From: Chiloscyllium plagiosum
Taxonomy: Eukaryota
Length of the DNA stretch: 64,000 nucleotides
Assembly (NCBI RefSeq): GCF_004010195.1
Contig: NC_057720.1
Location: 74,833,220-74,897,219, forward strand
Direction: 5' to 3'
The stretch's first letter is position 1. The number at the start of each line of letters is the position of its first letter. Shown here piece after piece: positions 38,644 to 52,255 of the stretch. A program made the translations under genes and the position numbers. The notes under the pieces were generated by a model, which was not told the DNA's origin, did not search any database, and worked only from the letters and a program-made list of their open reading frames with translations.

Positions 38644-40157
38644 GTGAGTCCGTTTTATTTGGCTTGCGGCTGACCTTTCCCGATATGACAGCGTGTGGGC
38701 GCAGGTGTTGCTTTGGCTACGTCTGCTGCCCTCCCATTTCAATCAATTCTCCCAGAGCCAGGACAGGGCACTTACTCGGAACTGGCATCAATCTGACTGG
38801 GTCAAGTGTAATTCTGTATTTGACTAGATTCCCTCGTTGTCACTATATGAGCATCAGGCATTCAGTGGCAGATTATTCAGCTTTTCTTTTTCAAAGCTCA
38901 GTAGAAAATTTGGTGTCAAAAAGGCCAGGGAGCCCTGATTACTTAATATTCACTCAGTCTTTAACCAGGGGAATATTTTCTTTTAAATGTGCAAACTTAT
39001 ATTTTACATGCATCTAGCAAAGTCATTGTAACTGAACAGCATGTTGAAGGATGGCTTGATTTGCAGTTTGAGCTAATCATAACAAGGGAGATAATCTGGG
39101 CACGAGACTTGCCCAATACTTTAGCATAACGAAATCCAGTTGTGAGCTAGGGACACTTGCTGGCCTACATGTAGGGAGAACAGAATTGGGCTCAGTCATG
39201 CTCACTCTAGGTCAAATACTTGCTGGCAAGCAATATGGAGATTGATGCATGACGAATGGTCAATTCAAAATTATGTTGGGCAACAGGTAATATCATGTGC
39301 CCTACTAAGGAACATATCTAGTGAGAAAATCAAACACAAACTCTACAAAGATTATTAAAGCTGATGAAGGGATACGGATTGCGAAGATAATAGCCTATTG
39401 AATGAAAAACAAGTTGTGCGTGAGCAGCGTGCCAAAGTTAGGGACAATTTCCCAGTGATTATCCCATGCTGTGCTCACACTGGGAAGCAAGGATTCAGAT
39501 ATAGACTGATGAGGTTCGCAAATCTGTAATTGGTACCAAAATTGGGGGGCTACTAACTAATTCTGAGATCCAAAGAAAATTATTTTCAGCTAGTGATAAA
39601 GTAACAACTGGGCAAAACATATACAGCAGACAGAATCTCACATCAGTCATTTTGAGACAGTAAAAATAGCAATGTTTGCACCTACAATGCAGGAACATTG
39701 TATGGAAGACAACAGTTTTGAAAGAATTTAGGTCATACGATATTAAAAATATCACCTCAGTGAATGAGGCCAAAAAGAAAATAGTGGAATATTGGGTTTA
39801 AGGCAAGAAGTGTAGAATATATAATCTCAAACATAATGGTGAATTTATATTATATCTTGGTACGCTCACAAGAGGAGTGTTGCGTTCAAATTTAGAATCT
39901 ATGGTAGAGACAGGATGCTGAGAAAATAGAAGGTGAGTATAGGATTGATTCAATAGGCTGCTATCTGCTATGAGGAAGTACAATTATGAAGAATGACTGA
40001 AGTTATTGTGGTTGTTTGCATAAAAGCGGAAGAGATCAAGGGATGACTCAATAAGAAGACATTAACAAATGGGAAGGGAAATTAAGAAGGAATGCTTTCT
40101 CACCGAATGTAAGCACAGGTCATATCGGATCATTTAAAAATAACAAGATGTAGTGAG

Positions 40158-40382
40158 TGTAACAAGGTCAGCCAGGTGGACTCATAGAATATGAGTTCCC
40201 TGATTGGGGCTGTTAACCTGATCCAATCAAGGACTCCTGGTTGACCGATATAGACAGGAGTGTCTGGGGTTCCGTTCACTCTGAGGCCTGGCTCTGAGGA
40301 AGCTGGATCATTATCAACGACTCTCCACTTGTGAATGGAGGATCACTTGGTGAGGGGATACTGGCTCTGTGGAGTTATTTTA
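40158..40382 (+). mobile_element. Candidate solo LTR
   Basis: Starts TGTAACA, CCAAT motifs in both orientations, TATA-like gatatagaca, ~225 bp. No canonical CA end seen. Confidence 0.45.
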
Positions 40383-43171
40383 TAAGTAATTGAAAAAGAA
40401 GGTGTATGGGAAAAGAGCAGGGAAATGAGAGTAAGGACCTGCAAGACTGCACTAATAGATACAATACTGTCCTGTCCTCAGGTATTAATGATTTTACACA
40501 AAAATGTTGTGGGGCCAGAATACTCTGATGGAGCAGGACCCAATATACAATAGAGTTATGGTTATGTTAATGAAGATCCGGGTTACATAAATGAGGCTTA
40601 GCTGTCTGGGAATCATCTGCAAGTGACCTTAAATTCTGACAACAAATCAATCACTTTTATCGAGCTAACAGTGATTATGTTACCAATGTATCTCCTTTGT
40701 CAGTCTTGGTCAATCTTAAAACAGCCCAGCATGCAATGGACAGGTGCATGTGCTTTAGATGAAGATTCTTAGATGAACTTGCTCATTCAGTATTGTCAGG
40801 CTCCTTTGTGACTGCTGAGATTTCTTAGCCTATGTCCCTTGGCTAGGAGTCTGCAACCGGTCAGGTAGTGAACTGGGGTTGTAGGTGCTCTGGAGAGGGA
40901 GTGGGCTTCTGGCAATGGGATGCCATACCCATGGGACTCACCCAGTGGAAGGAGCGGTCTGCAGGTTGAGAGAAGTGGGAAAATGTGCTTGGAGATGGGG
41001 CTGATGAGATCCAAGGACTTCTTAGGGTGTGAGGGGGCAAAGAGGTAGTGAAGGTCTGCACCAAGGAGCTCAGAAAGGCCATATTTTAAACACTGATCTC
41101 AGTTCTTTTCTTGCAAGACCACCCTTACTTTAACTTCATATTGCAAAGTTGGACTGTGAGATTTGAATGTTAAGTAGATTTCCAACTCGATGGAACAGGA
41201 GAATGTCAATGGCCTCATTACAAATTTGGTGAATTGGAGCCTGAAAACTGTTTTCAGATTTTAAAAGCACATACACAAGTACGTATATGCACTCACAAAC
41301 AAACATATGTATACGCATGCACACACACGTAAAAAAGTACATAAACATATGTACATGCAGCACACAAGCTTTGCTTAAAAATATAATTCTCATTTTCTAA
41401 CAGCAAACACAATAATGTTTATCATCAATGATAACAGTTAGTTCTTTGAAGATTAAAGCTGCTTTTCTCCTCTACATTGTCTTGCTTAGCTTTCTTAGAG
41501 AAGCTTTATTGAAGCTGACTTGGTTTGGTCCCTTGAGAGTGGACATGAAGGCGAGGGAGAGAAAGCCAGGAAAATAGGGCTGAGCCAAATTGAGATGACC
41601 AACACATTCCCACCACCAGGGGCAGGGCTGGTAGAAGTGTATTAGCACCCGAGGTGACCACTGATTAAAGGAGAAGTTGATGAACAACAGTAGATCAAAG
41701 CTTTGCATTTTCACCACCGAAATCAGTTTGTTTACTCAGTTGGTTTCTTGAATAGTTCATTGAGTTCCCCAGTGGTTCCACTGGCCCAGCTGGAATCCTC
41801 AGAAGTAGACCACCACTACAAATGTGTAAGGCCTCTGACTAGGGTGCTCTGAATACAGCACCCACACACCACCCCAGGTAGCCCATCCCTGCAATAGCTT
41901 GTGGAGAGTCATCAGCCATCCTGCTCCACTTCCAAAAGAAGGGCCCACAATCTGCAAGGTGACTCCCAAATGATTCACTTAGAGGGGATTAAGCTATTAA
42001 ATTTTATGCCCCTTATAATTTTGCAGTTTAAATGTCTGCCTTCAATTGCGTCTGATTTTAAGATGCCATCACGGTTCCCAATCCGTCTCAGCGGTGTCCA
42101 TCTCTACAGTTGGAGATGCCATGGCTGCAGAGCTACCTGCCCTCTGAAAGGCCTTGCCAATTTGATGGGCACCTCCAAGAGGATGGTGGAGATGTTCTCA
42201 TGGTCAAAGCCCATGGTCAGGGCTCCGATGTTGTGGGAAAATCCAATGCTCAATCTGTTTCTAACAAGAAAATTGTGTTTCACTTAAAACTCCAAGTACT
42301 CCAGAGTTGTGGCTTTGGCCTGCACCTTGTCTCTGAGCTACAAGTTCCAGCTCATCACTCCAGAACATGATGATCAAGTTATGTATGTTCATAATGAGGC
42401 AAACAGGTTTACATTTCTACATAAACCTCTCTGTTGTCTCTTCGTTTAAACAATCCTTAAAACATTGTTATTCCCAACATTCTAAGCACCTGTCCAAATA
42501 TCTCCTTCCCAGATTCCTAACTCTAATGCTTCAAATGAAATACCTTTGGGTTTTTTTTTAATCTAAGATGCCACAGACATCTTGTAATTACAGTGTTTAG
42601 AAAATGGCCTCTTCGATGAGAATCTGTTATTGTGAGAGAGGTGATCACCCTGACAAGAAATGTTTAAGTAGTAAGAAAGAGAACCAAGAACCTTCTTCAT
42701 TGTGACCTGATCTTTCTTTAGTTCATTACTGGATAGTCAAAGCAGTCTAGTCTATGCAGGATTTGAACATAACATGCAACCGCAAGGATATTTGAACTGG
42801 TGTGTTCATCTCTACTCAAACTTGTTTGGCCAGCAGAGTGTTAGACACATTCAGAAATTCATTGCCATACCAAGTATGCAAATCAAGTTATCCAGAAATT
42901 TGCACCATTGTCCATTGGTTAACTGCTTCCCCCACTTCAGTAAAGAGCCTAATTTTCTCCAAACCACAGATTTAAAAGCAGATTGGCAAAGGTCCATACC
43001 AATAAGTTTCCATTTGGATTTGCAACTGAAAAACAAGTTGGTGAAATGGTAAAGTTTACCAGTGTGACACAGATCATCTTCCCATTGCATCTCTGGCCAC
43101 ACTACACATTCCTGTGTTGACCTTGAAGCATTGACCAGAACCAAATGCTGCTATATTTATGATATTATAGA

Positions 43172-43502
43172 GGACGGTGCGATGGTTCAGTAGTTAGCAC
43201 CGCTGCCTCACAGTGCCAGAGATCCGGGTTTGATTCCAGCCTCGGATGACTGTCTATGTGGAGTTTGCACATTCTCCCTGTGTCTGCGTGGGTTTCCTCT
43301 GGATGCTCCGGTTTCCTCCCGCAATCCAAAGATATGCAGATCAGGTAAATTGGCCGTGCTAAATTGCCCATAGTGTTAGGTACATTAGTCAGGAGTAAAT
43401 GTAGGGGAATGGGTCTGGGTGGGTTACTCTTCAGAGGGTCGGTGTGGACTTGTTGTGCCGAAAGGCCTGTTTCCACACTGTAGGGAAGCTAATCTAATCT
43501 AA
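43172..43502 (+). mobile_element. Full-length HE1-type (V-SINE) tRNA-derived SINE
   Basis: A-box tggttcagtagttagc, B-box ggtttgattcc, V-domain tgtggagtttgcacattctccc..ggtttcctcc, (ctaat)n tail. Confidence 0.9.
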
Positions 43503-44267
43503 ATGTATTACCAAGCAATCTGAAGGCAGATCAGAATCAACAGGTGCCTGATGCAGTAAGAGATCAAGCACTTTGATTCCCCTCGTATCATTGCATTAAC
43601 CATCATTATTATCCAATGATATCAAATAATTGGCGACCATGATGGTCAAATTCCAGCACAGTTCAGGTCAAGGCTTTCTGTCTTTCCCTGCTCTCTCTCT
43701 ACTGGACTTATTCAGTATCCCAGGGCTACTTAGTGTTACAATTTTAACCTAGCCTACAGGACTATAATGCTGAAATATAATTTTTATAGCCCAGTCACTA
43801 CCGATATCATCAGGTTCCAGACTGTCACATTTGCTTAAAATTAACTCCTTGGTGTCTGCCAAGGGGTAATGTTTACCATCTCCCTTCTCCAAACATGCTC
43901 CTGAGATTTGCTCTTTGATTGTGGTGAAATTGCATTTGCAATTCATTCCATCTCACATTTGATCTTTTTGCTTTTATATTTTGTTATCCTTCTTCTCTCA
44001 TGCTGTCACCTCTCATTCTCTCTCTTGTTGTAATTTGGTGATCTTACTTGCTGTGGCTTGCCAAGTCATTTCTTCCATGTGTCTCTTCTTCTCACAGCTG
44101 GGCAGACCAATTCTTTTGACTGTATGCCAGAAAATATGGAGAATATATTGCCCTATGGAGAATGCATTTGCCCCAATGCACTGCAGCAATGCATTGCTCA
44201 GGCCTTGGGGTTCCCACAACCAAAGTCCCAGTAACAATCCAGGTCTGAGGTGCTGAAACCAAGGCTT

Positions 44268-44398
44268 ACATAGAACATAGAACATACAACAATACAGCAC
44301 AGAACAAGCCCTTCGGCCCACGATGTTGTGCCGAATATTTGTCCTAGCTTAAGCACCTATCCATGTACCTATCCAATTGCCGCTTAAAGGTCACCATG
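44268..44398 (-). mobile_element. Short CR1 3' end
   Basis: (catagaa)n tail followed by tacagcacagaacaagcccttcggccc. Confidence 0.7.
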
Positions 44399-45574
44399 TG
44401 TCCGTCAAAGACCACTATAAAAAAAAGCAGTGTCGTCAAATGTCTGGGAGCTTCCTGATTGGGAAATGTGCATGTTAAATGGGCAAAAAATGGTGGGAAA
44501 CTGTAGGAAGGGAGGAAATGGTGCATCATTAAGAAAATAACAAAAATACTCACAGAACCCAACACAGAGCAGCTGGTATGAAATATCATGGCTACTGTTT
44601 TATTAATTGCTAAGGGGAAATGATATGTTACATAAGGCATAAGAGGATGTGCACAACATGAAACATATTAATGAAGGGAACTCAAGCCAACATGTGCCAA
44701 GTTCACTAAAAAAGGGAATGTGAAGTGGATTCAACCTGCAGTATAAACAGTGCTTCATTGTTCAGCTGTCTCCCGACCTCTTCCAAAGATATGTTTTCAC
44801 ATTATATAATCACACTTGTCGCAGGCTTCAGCAATTACCATTATTTTTGAGGTTAAAAGCACAACTGCTTTCATTCCAAGCTGGTGGGATGGGACTAAGA
44901 AAGTACACAGAGTTCACAGTGAGGCCAGTCATTACAATTTAAAACTAACAAAAACAAGATATAATGCTTTTTGTACTTGTCATTTTCACCCTTCCCAGTA
45001 ACCAAGCAAGATGCAGGAAATATGAAAATGCAACTCTCACCCACATTACTACTCCATTGACATTCAATATATAATTAAGTGACTTGCTCCTTTGTATTAC
45101 ATCCCACGTGCAGTTCATTAATCTTCCAGTATTCATTTTTCACATTCACATCAAACATCTACTCAGCCACTTGAAGGAGCAGCAATGAAAATCAGATACT
45201 GTGACATGGTAGGGTCCACAAGTGTTCTCAAGGAGTTGGCTGTCACTATGATACCAAAAAGGATAGACTTTATACTGTGCGCAAAGCCCTATGCCTAGTT
45301 AGTGCCAAGCTCCTTTGGCATCCTCGACATTTCATTTCATTTGCTGGCAAGCCAGCCAATGCATCCGGCATACCCAGCAGCTTCATTCAGTAGCCTGTCC
45401 CATCGTAGTGATTCAGTACATGCCCTGAATCAGAACTCCAACGCAACCTCATCCTCTTGAGAGTTGGCACCTTTCAAATCTTTGGTTTTAGCTGGCTTGA
45501 TCCAGTTGTTCTATTGCCTGCAGATCACACCTATATGCCATCATCTAAAGTACATGCAGTCTTAGAGTCTGAGA

Positions 45575-45865
45575 TTACCTACAGTGTGGAAACAGGCCAT
45601 TTGGCCCAACAAGTCCACACTGACCCTCCAAAGGGTAACCCACCTAGACCTATTCCCCTTCATTTACCCCTGACTAATTCACCTAACACGACGGGCAATT
45701 ATAGCACGGCCAATTCACCTAACTACAATCGTTGGACTGTGGGAGGAAACCCATGCAGTCAATGGGAGAATGTGCAAACTCCACACGGACAGTCACCCGA
45801 GGCAGGAATTGAACCTGGGTCCCTGGTACAGTGAGGCAACAGTGCTAACCACTGAGCCACCATGC
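45575..45865 (-). mobile_element. HE1-type SINE
   Basis: Reverse complement matches 43172-43502. Confidence 0.85.
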
Positions 45866-46234
45866 TGTCTGTATAGGTGGAGTGTAAGATTGAATGACAA
45901 TGTTACATCATCAGGCATTTTATTCTCATGGTACACTGTCTGGGTGGTAGCAGTGAAAGAAGAAAGGCAGAAGGTTGGAGGAAGAGGAGGCAAGAGGTAT
46001 GTGCCTTAGATATTGTGCACTGAGGGAGAAGTGGGAAGTGAAAGTGTGTAGTTGGCAGGAACACTTCAATATGTTCCCTGGTATTGTTACTGGCAACAGC
46101 TTTTGGCTAGGCCACTCCAATGGTAGCGAATGCTATATCCTCCACTAGGCTTTCAGCATGCAATCGTATAACAAAGACTGTCAGCAAGAGTGGTGCTATG
46201 TGATTGGGGAAATTGGCCGTCATGGTTGATTTTT

Positions 46235-47015
46235 CTATTCATTCTGAGAATGTGGGCTTCGCTGGTTTGGCCAGCATTTATTGCCTAGCCCCAGTTGCCT
46301 TTCAGAATGTGGTGGTGAGCTGCAGTCCATTTGGTGTAGGGAGATCTACAATGCTGTTAGGGAGGGAGCTCCAGGATTTTAACTCCGTAGCATTGAAGAA
46401 ACAGCAATATATTTCCCCATTAGACTGTAAATGTCTTGAAGAGGAACTTTCACATGGTAGTATTCCCATGTATTTCCTGCCCTTGTCCTTCTCAGTGGTA
46501 GCGTTTGTGGTTTGGCAGGTGCTGTCTAAATAGGCTTGGTGAATTTTTGCAGATAATAGATAGTATACACTGCTGCTACTGATCATCTGTCGTGGAGGGA
46601 GTGGATATTTGGGGATGACACGCCAGTTGAATGAATTGCTTTGTCCTGTTTGGTGTCAAGCTTCTGAATGTTGGAGCTACACCCATTCAGGCAAGTGGGG
46701 AGCATTCTACCACACTCCTGACTCATGCCTTGTCGATAGTTGATAGGCTTTGGAGAGTCAGAAGGTGAGTTATTTGCTGCAGTATTCCTAGCCTCTGACC
46801 TGCTCTTGCAGCAACAGTATTCATACAGCTAACCCAGTTGAATTTCTGCTCAATGGTAGCCGCCATGATGTTGATTATGTGGTTCAGTGATGAAAATGCC
46901 TAATTGAATGTCCAAGGATCATAGTTAGATTCTCTCTTGTTGGAGATGGTCATTGCCTTGCACCTGTGTGGCACAAATGTTACTTGTCACATGTTAGCCA
47001 AAGCTTGGATGTTGC
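46235..47015 (-). mobile_element. Second-family CR1-like LINE 3' fragment
   Basis: Reverse complement of the 57380-58170 region (KSWSSLPNSIVDLPTPNGLQ). Confidence 0.75.
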
Positions 47016-47342
47016 CCAGTCTCCCCAATGTAGAGGATACCGCATCGGAAGCAACGTACACAATAAATTATATGAGTGGATGTGCAAGTAAAACTTTGAT
47101 GGATGTGGAAGGCTCCTTTAGGGCCTTGGATGGAGGTGAGGGAGGAGGTGTGGGCACAGGTTTTACAGTTCCTGCGATGGCAGGGGAAAGTGCCAGGATC
47201 CAGGGGCGTTCTGTCCTTGTTATGGTTGGAGGGGTGGGGTCTGAGGGCGGAGGTGCGGGATATAGACGAGATGCGTTGGAGGGCATCTTTAACCACGTGG
47301 GAAGGGAAATTATGGTCTCTAAAGAAGGAGGCCATCTGGTGT
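47016..47342 (-). mobile_element. Penelope-like element fragment: RT thumb end, Cys-rich linker, start of GIY-YIG endonuclease
   Basis: ORF 46994..47383: MASFFRDHNFPSHVV..PGTFPCHRRNCKTCAH..FTCTSTHIIYCVRCFRCGILYIGETG (xIY..YIG motif). Confidence 0.9.
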
Positions 47343-48563
47343 GATATTTTTCTATGTATATCACCGGCCATGTAATCCTTCATGGTGAATAAGTTCTCAT
47401 ATATCTCTCCAGTATGTGTATGTTTTTAAATTTAAATTAAACTTACTTATATTCAGCCCTCAAAGGCTAACTGCTGAAACAGATGCTGTCAAAAATTACC
47501 TGGCATCTTGTTAATTCCCCAAAACAATTTTAACAGAGGTTGTTTCTGCGATACTCACAAAAGTCAGGTACCCTACTGTGTTGAAATGAGCTGATGCATA
47601 TTTATCACTCAGTTAAGTGATGTGGAGCATGAGACAAAATGAGCAAATTCAGTACAAAGCACTTTAGAGGTGGTTTCACGTACTGCACAACCCAATGGAC
47701 ACAGATCATGCTATAGAACAATGATATTCAGACCTTCAACAAAGGAATTTCACTAAGAAAGGCCATGGTGAAGGGCATTATGTGCCACGGGGCTGCTAAC
47801 TGATATAACTCATGGTAGCTTATATTAGAATGTAAATAGTTTTTTAATAGTGTTCCCATTTTTGCATTTCGGTGGAGGTACTTAAGAGTACAACGCTGAA
47901 ATGAGAAATTTGATACTGTTATTGTTTTTGCTGTAATGTCCAACTTGAACTGTTTTGCCAGGTACTTTATAGATAATTTCTGTATATCTTGAAAATAAGG
48001 GACAGAAAATCTTTTTGTAAGTATTGTATTGATTTGATTTATAAATCTGTTTGGCTTGTCTACTGCCTACTGTGCAGTAATAATCTAAAAGGTCTATACT
48101 TATCTCTCTTGTGATAGTACCACAGATTTAACCATGCCTTTTATCTTTGCATTCAAACCATGTTTACGAACGTTGTTACAAACAGCAATAGATTTTAGAT
48201 AATGGTTCTTCTGTACATATTGTATCTAGTTATTCCTTTGCTGATTTGAATGCTATTTCTGGCTAATTTGAGCAGGCATAGAGGGTGACTTCGCAGATTA
48301 ACATATAAAAACCCAGCCTGTTTAACATCTCTTCTTGTATTGCTACTGAAGTACAAAAATATAGAATAAGCTGCCGTCTGGTCCTCTCCCTCATTTATAC
48401 AATGGGACAAAATCAAAATTTACCCCAGGCGCATTCATGACTTCATAATATTTCAGGAGCTTTGAAGCAAACCTTATGAATCTTATTTGCTCGTGAAAGA
48501 TATCATGTTGCAACTCATTGGCAATGCCTTTCAAAGGTGGATTGTTGCTGTGTCTTTCCACAG

Positions 48564-48674
48564 GGCCAGAGCAATGAAAACCCGACTGGGCTGCTTATCG
48601 CAGAAGTCTGACTCCTACAGTGATTTCAGCTCTTTTCTGCCCAATAAGCACGAGAAGCCGATGAGGTGCATGAA
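48564..48674 (+). CDS. rgs8: RGS8-like gene, coding exon 3 (ARAMKTRLGCLSQKSDSYSDFSSFLPNKHEKPMRCM/K)
   Basis: tctttccacag acceptor and AA|GTGAGT donor, 111 nt. Matches recalled RGS8 MRTRLGCLSHKSDSCSDF. Confidence 0.93.
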
Positions 48675-51600
48675 GTGAGTGATATTTTTTTAAAAATTCG
48701 GGATGGAGTCAGGGTGGGCAGAGAATAAATCAACAATTCTAACTGTACAAAGAGGCTTTTGGCATTCCTGGGAAATTTGCTTTGTCAAACGGCAGAGAGA
48801 AGTGGGCATCATTTTCAATGCAACATCATGTTCTAGTGCTGACAGGATATCGTCCAACCAGTTTGCATCAGTGCGCCAATTGTTTGTCAACAGAATGAGG
48901 AAAGGCTTGCCAGGCCATAACACAGTGCCTCTTTAGAAGTGACTCAGTTGCAGTAATTCATTGCCATTCATTAAACCACTCATAACTTATAGCTGTAAAG
49001 CCGGTCTCTTCACTTCAATCAAGCTCATCACTTTATTTTAACATTGAAACCGCTCAGTCGGGGGAACCTGGAATTCGCTGCCAATTTTGAGTCAATTGAC
49101 ATTTCTCAAGTCAAGAACTGAAAAATATTGTTAGCTAGCTATCTCAGCTGATGTGGATCCAAAGCGAATGAGTTAAAATGAGGTGGAGATCAGCCATGAC
49201 CCGATTAAATGTTGGCAGGAGCTAGATGGGCTGAAAGGCCTACTCCTATTCCTCATTTTTTATTTTTCCTTATGAGTGCAGAACTCAAATTTTCTTAAAA
49301 GACACAGATTGACAAGTTAATAAACCAGCCAGGGAAACAAATTCTGGAAAATTCTGAGCGCTGTTGAATCTGAATCTTCAGAAATGGATGTTTTCTTTGC
49401 CCCATCAATCATTCCTGTCTGTGATGAAAGGCAGAGCTGAACGAAATTAGTAAAATAGGAGTCACTTCTCCTTCAGTGATCAGAAGCAGATGTACAGACT
49501 GTAATATGCAATAATTCTCAGTCATTAGTCCTTTCGGCAACAACAGAAAATGGAAAGTTCTGTCTGACAGGCCATCAAATTATAATATTATGTTTGAGAG
49601 ATAATAGAATATCAGGTTCACTGTTAACACCACTGGGCATGAGTGTATGGGAGCAGTAATTGCAGAGCAGAATAATGCAGAGGCAAGTCTGTATGGACTG
49701 GTTGGATTGCAATTGGGTCAGCTTACCCGGAGAAAGTTTCGGGGAGCAGCTACTGTACAGACTGAGGTAAAATAAAAACACAAAGACCATCTCGCACTCA
49801 CCCCTCCTCCAGTCCCAGCCAGGCCACTTAATGCTGCCCAAACAACCCCAATGGCTCCTTATGCCTCTCATACCCCTGTGATACCCTCCCACCCATTCAT
49901 CATTGTCCGTCATGCTACTTATGTCAGGCTATGGCACTTACAAGCCCATTCACCTGTATTGTTGTGTTGCCATAGTCTTGTGCTCTCTCATTAGAAAGAG
50001 ACAACTGGTAGTGATTTAACCTGAGGGCCAGCATATCTCAGGTGAGGGAAGAGGTTGAGAAGGAGAGTCCTTCATGGCATCCTCAGCTAGTTATTGAAGC
50101 TGTTGGTATCAACTGCTTTGCAAACCAATCATCCAGCCAAGGGTAGAGTGACAATAAACTGCAGAGTGACGGTTGGGGATGTAAAGTAAAGCTCATTATA
50201 TTATAAAAGTATTTATATGCACAATAATGTTAATAAACCCCTTTTCAATGTAACCTAATGGAAGTGTCAATCATCCAGATGCTTTGAAGTTTCAATAGCT
50301 GAAATTGGAAGCACTTGATAACTCTTAACTTTGTGAAAGTAAACTTTGTGCAATTGATAATAGAAATCAGATAACCAAAGATGGCACTCGAGCAGGAGCT
50401 CACATATTTCAAGAGAATGATTCGTAGCTGGTCTCTCAGCCTTGAATACATAATGAGGCATTGCAGGATAAGGGTTCATGGGTGTGGAACAACATAGTCT
50501 CATATGAAAAGGCATAAGGGTAGATGGAGAGGCAAAGCCAGGCCTGGCGAATCATAAGGGACCATCAAATGGGGGAGGGGAACAGGCTGGCAATGAAGAG
50601 GATCTTGTGAAATTACCTTCCAAAACATTTGCTGATGCGGACAGTGGTCCACAACAACTCAGAGGTGCTATGAACCATGATTCTTAAAAGTTACCCTGAC
50701 TCTGTGGAAATCAATGGTGCAAGGACGTGTTTAGCTCTGTATTGGAGCTGGCCAGATCAGCAGTGCTAGCTGTAGATTTGTGACCCAAACCGACCTACAC
50801 CCTTAAAGGGTTCAAGAAAACTGGAAAGCCCAGGAATGGTATGGGGGATCCTTCTTCGGAACAAATTAAATGTTTATGATTCAAAACAATGAAAGATACA
50901 AATGAGAAGCTAACTTGATGATCAGGGCTGGCACTGGAACTGAAAAGTCATTGTTGCTGTCAAAGAATTTCACTAAATGTACAAAACAGAAATACAGTTT
51001 CAGAAAAGCAAGACGCCAAATAGCTGGCCAAAAAGAGGCGAAGGATGTAGAACAGTCTATAATAGAAGAAAAATCTAATACTTCCCTCGGTGAAGTGATT
51101 GATCCAGGCCTTATATTTTAACAAGGCAATGGTTATATCAAAGGTCATGTGACAAATTTCAAGTTAGTCACGAGGGTATGTGTCATTTTTTTGACATGAC
51201 CATGGATAAAAATTCCTGAGGACCTACGGACATATTGAACTTTCAATTCCAGCATTTTGTTTTAAAGGACATACAGCCCAAAGGTTCAGTGGTAAATTTA
51301 CTAAATGGAATAAAACAACAAAAGCACAATGTCATTAATGAGATAAGAGCTTGATAATTCTGAGGACTGGCATTAAGTACCACCCACTATCAGCATCTTA
51401 GAACGTGTGAGACCTAAGATCTGGTTCTCCTGAAAGCCTCTGGAACACTCTATTATATCAATGTAACCTGTAACTGATTGCTAACAAGCAGCAAAATGTA
51501 TTGTGTAAACTACAAAAGAGGAAGTGCTTTTATTTCTATCAACTTACATCAAACGGATCCTGTAGTTGAATGATGGCAGCTACCTTCATCGTGAGCAGTG

Positions 51601-52193
51601 TAGTGAGCTGGCATACCCACACAACAGAGCTGTGGCAGAATGTGAAATGTGACATGCAAAAAATGCACAGAAAGCACATGAAGAGGGAAGGCTTTTTTTT
51701 CACAAGAACAGAAACAAAGTCAAATGTATGAAAATAGTTAAGAATACATTTACAGACCTGCACAACACATACAGCAGTTTTTAGAATGCATTGTAATTAT
51801 TAAAATTGGAAACCATTGTCACAACATACTATTACCCGTGCAACTAAGGTAACAAGTGCTTTAAGTAGGTATGTTTATTTTCCTCACATTCAATGTAACT
51901 TAACATAAGGCTCAATAAGTGCTTGAGGGAGATAAGAATAGAAGGACTTATTGATAAAGTGAGGTGAAGTAAGATGAGTAGGAGACTAGCATGAAGAGTT
52001 AACAGTGGCTCAGAGCTGTTTCTGTGCTATAGAATTTTGTGCAACATCTTGAGTTAAGAAAAGGATACTCAGTGGATGCTGCAAGTATATTACATGACAT
52101 ATTAGCATAGGAATTACGCTTGCTGAAAAACTGGTGCTAAATTAGGATGACTTTCTTGGATAATAATTATTATTCTCCTCTGGATTTTCCAAG

Positions 52194-52255
52194 GCTGTCC
52201 ACAGAAGAAGCTGTGCAATGGACTGAATCATTCAGTCTCCTTCTGGCTAATAAGT
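52194..52255 (+). CDS. rgs8: RGS8-like gene, coding exon 4 (LSTEEAVQWTESFSLLLANK/Y)
   Basis: ttttccaag acceptor and T|GTAAGT donor, 62 nt, phase 2 to 1. Matches RGS8 LSTEEATRWADSFDVLLSHKY. Too short for the ORF track. Confidence 0.93.

Noticed and set aside
41265-41365. Alternating purine-pyrimidine (CA/TA) tract
   Set aside because: Degenerate microsatellite with no evidence of function.
41470-42370. Cluster of 80-128 aa ORFs
   Set aside because: No recognisable domain or convincing splice pair; probably an old repeat, but I cannot assign it.
43172-43250. tRNA gene (A and B boxes)
   Set aside because: It is a SINE head continuing into the V-domain and repeat tail, with many copies in the window.
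44588-44623. MATVLLIAKGK* resembles the mammalian RGS8 first exon MAALLMPRR
   Set aside because: No GT/GC donor in phase 2 before the stop; probably chance.
45380-45495. LILLRVGTFQIFGF as a Penelope endonuclease C-terminus
   Set aside because: The resemblance is too short and weak to support without a search.
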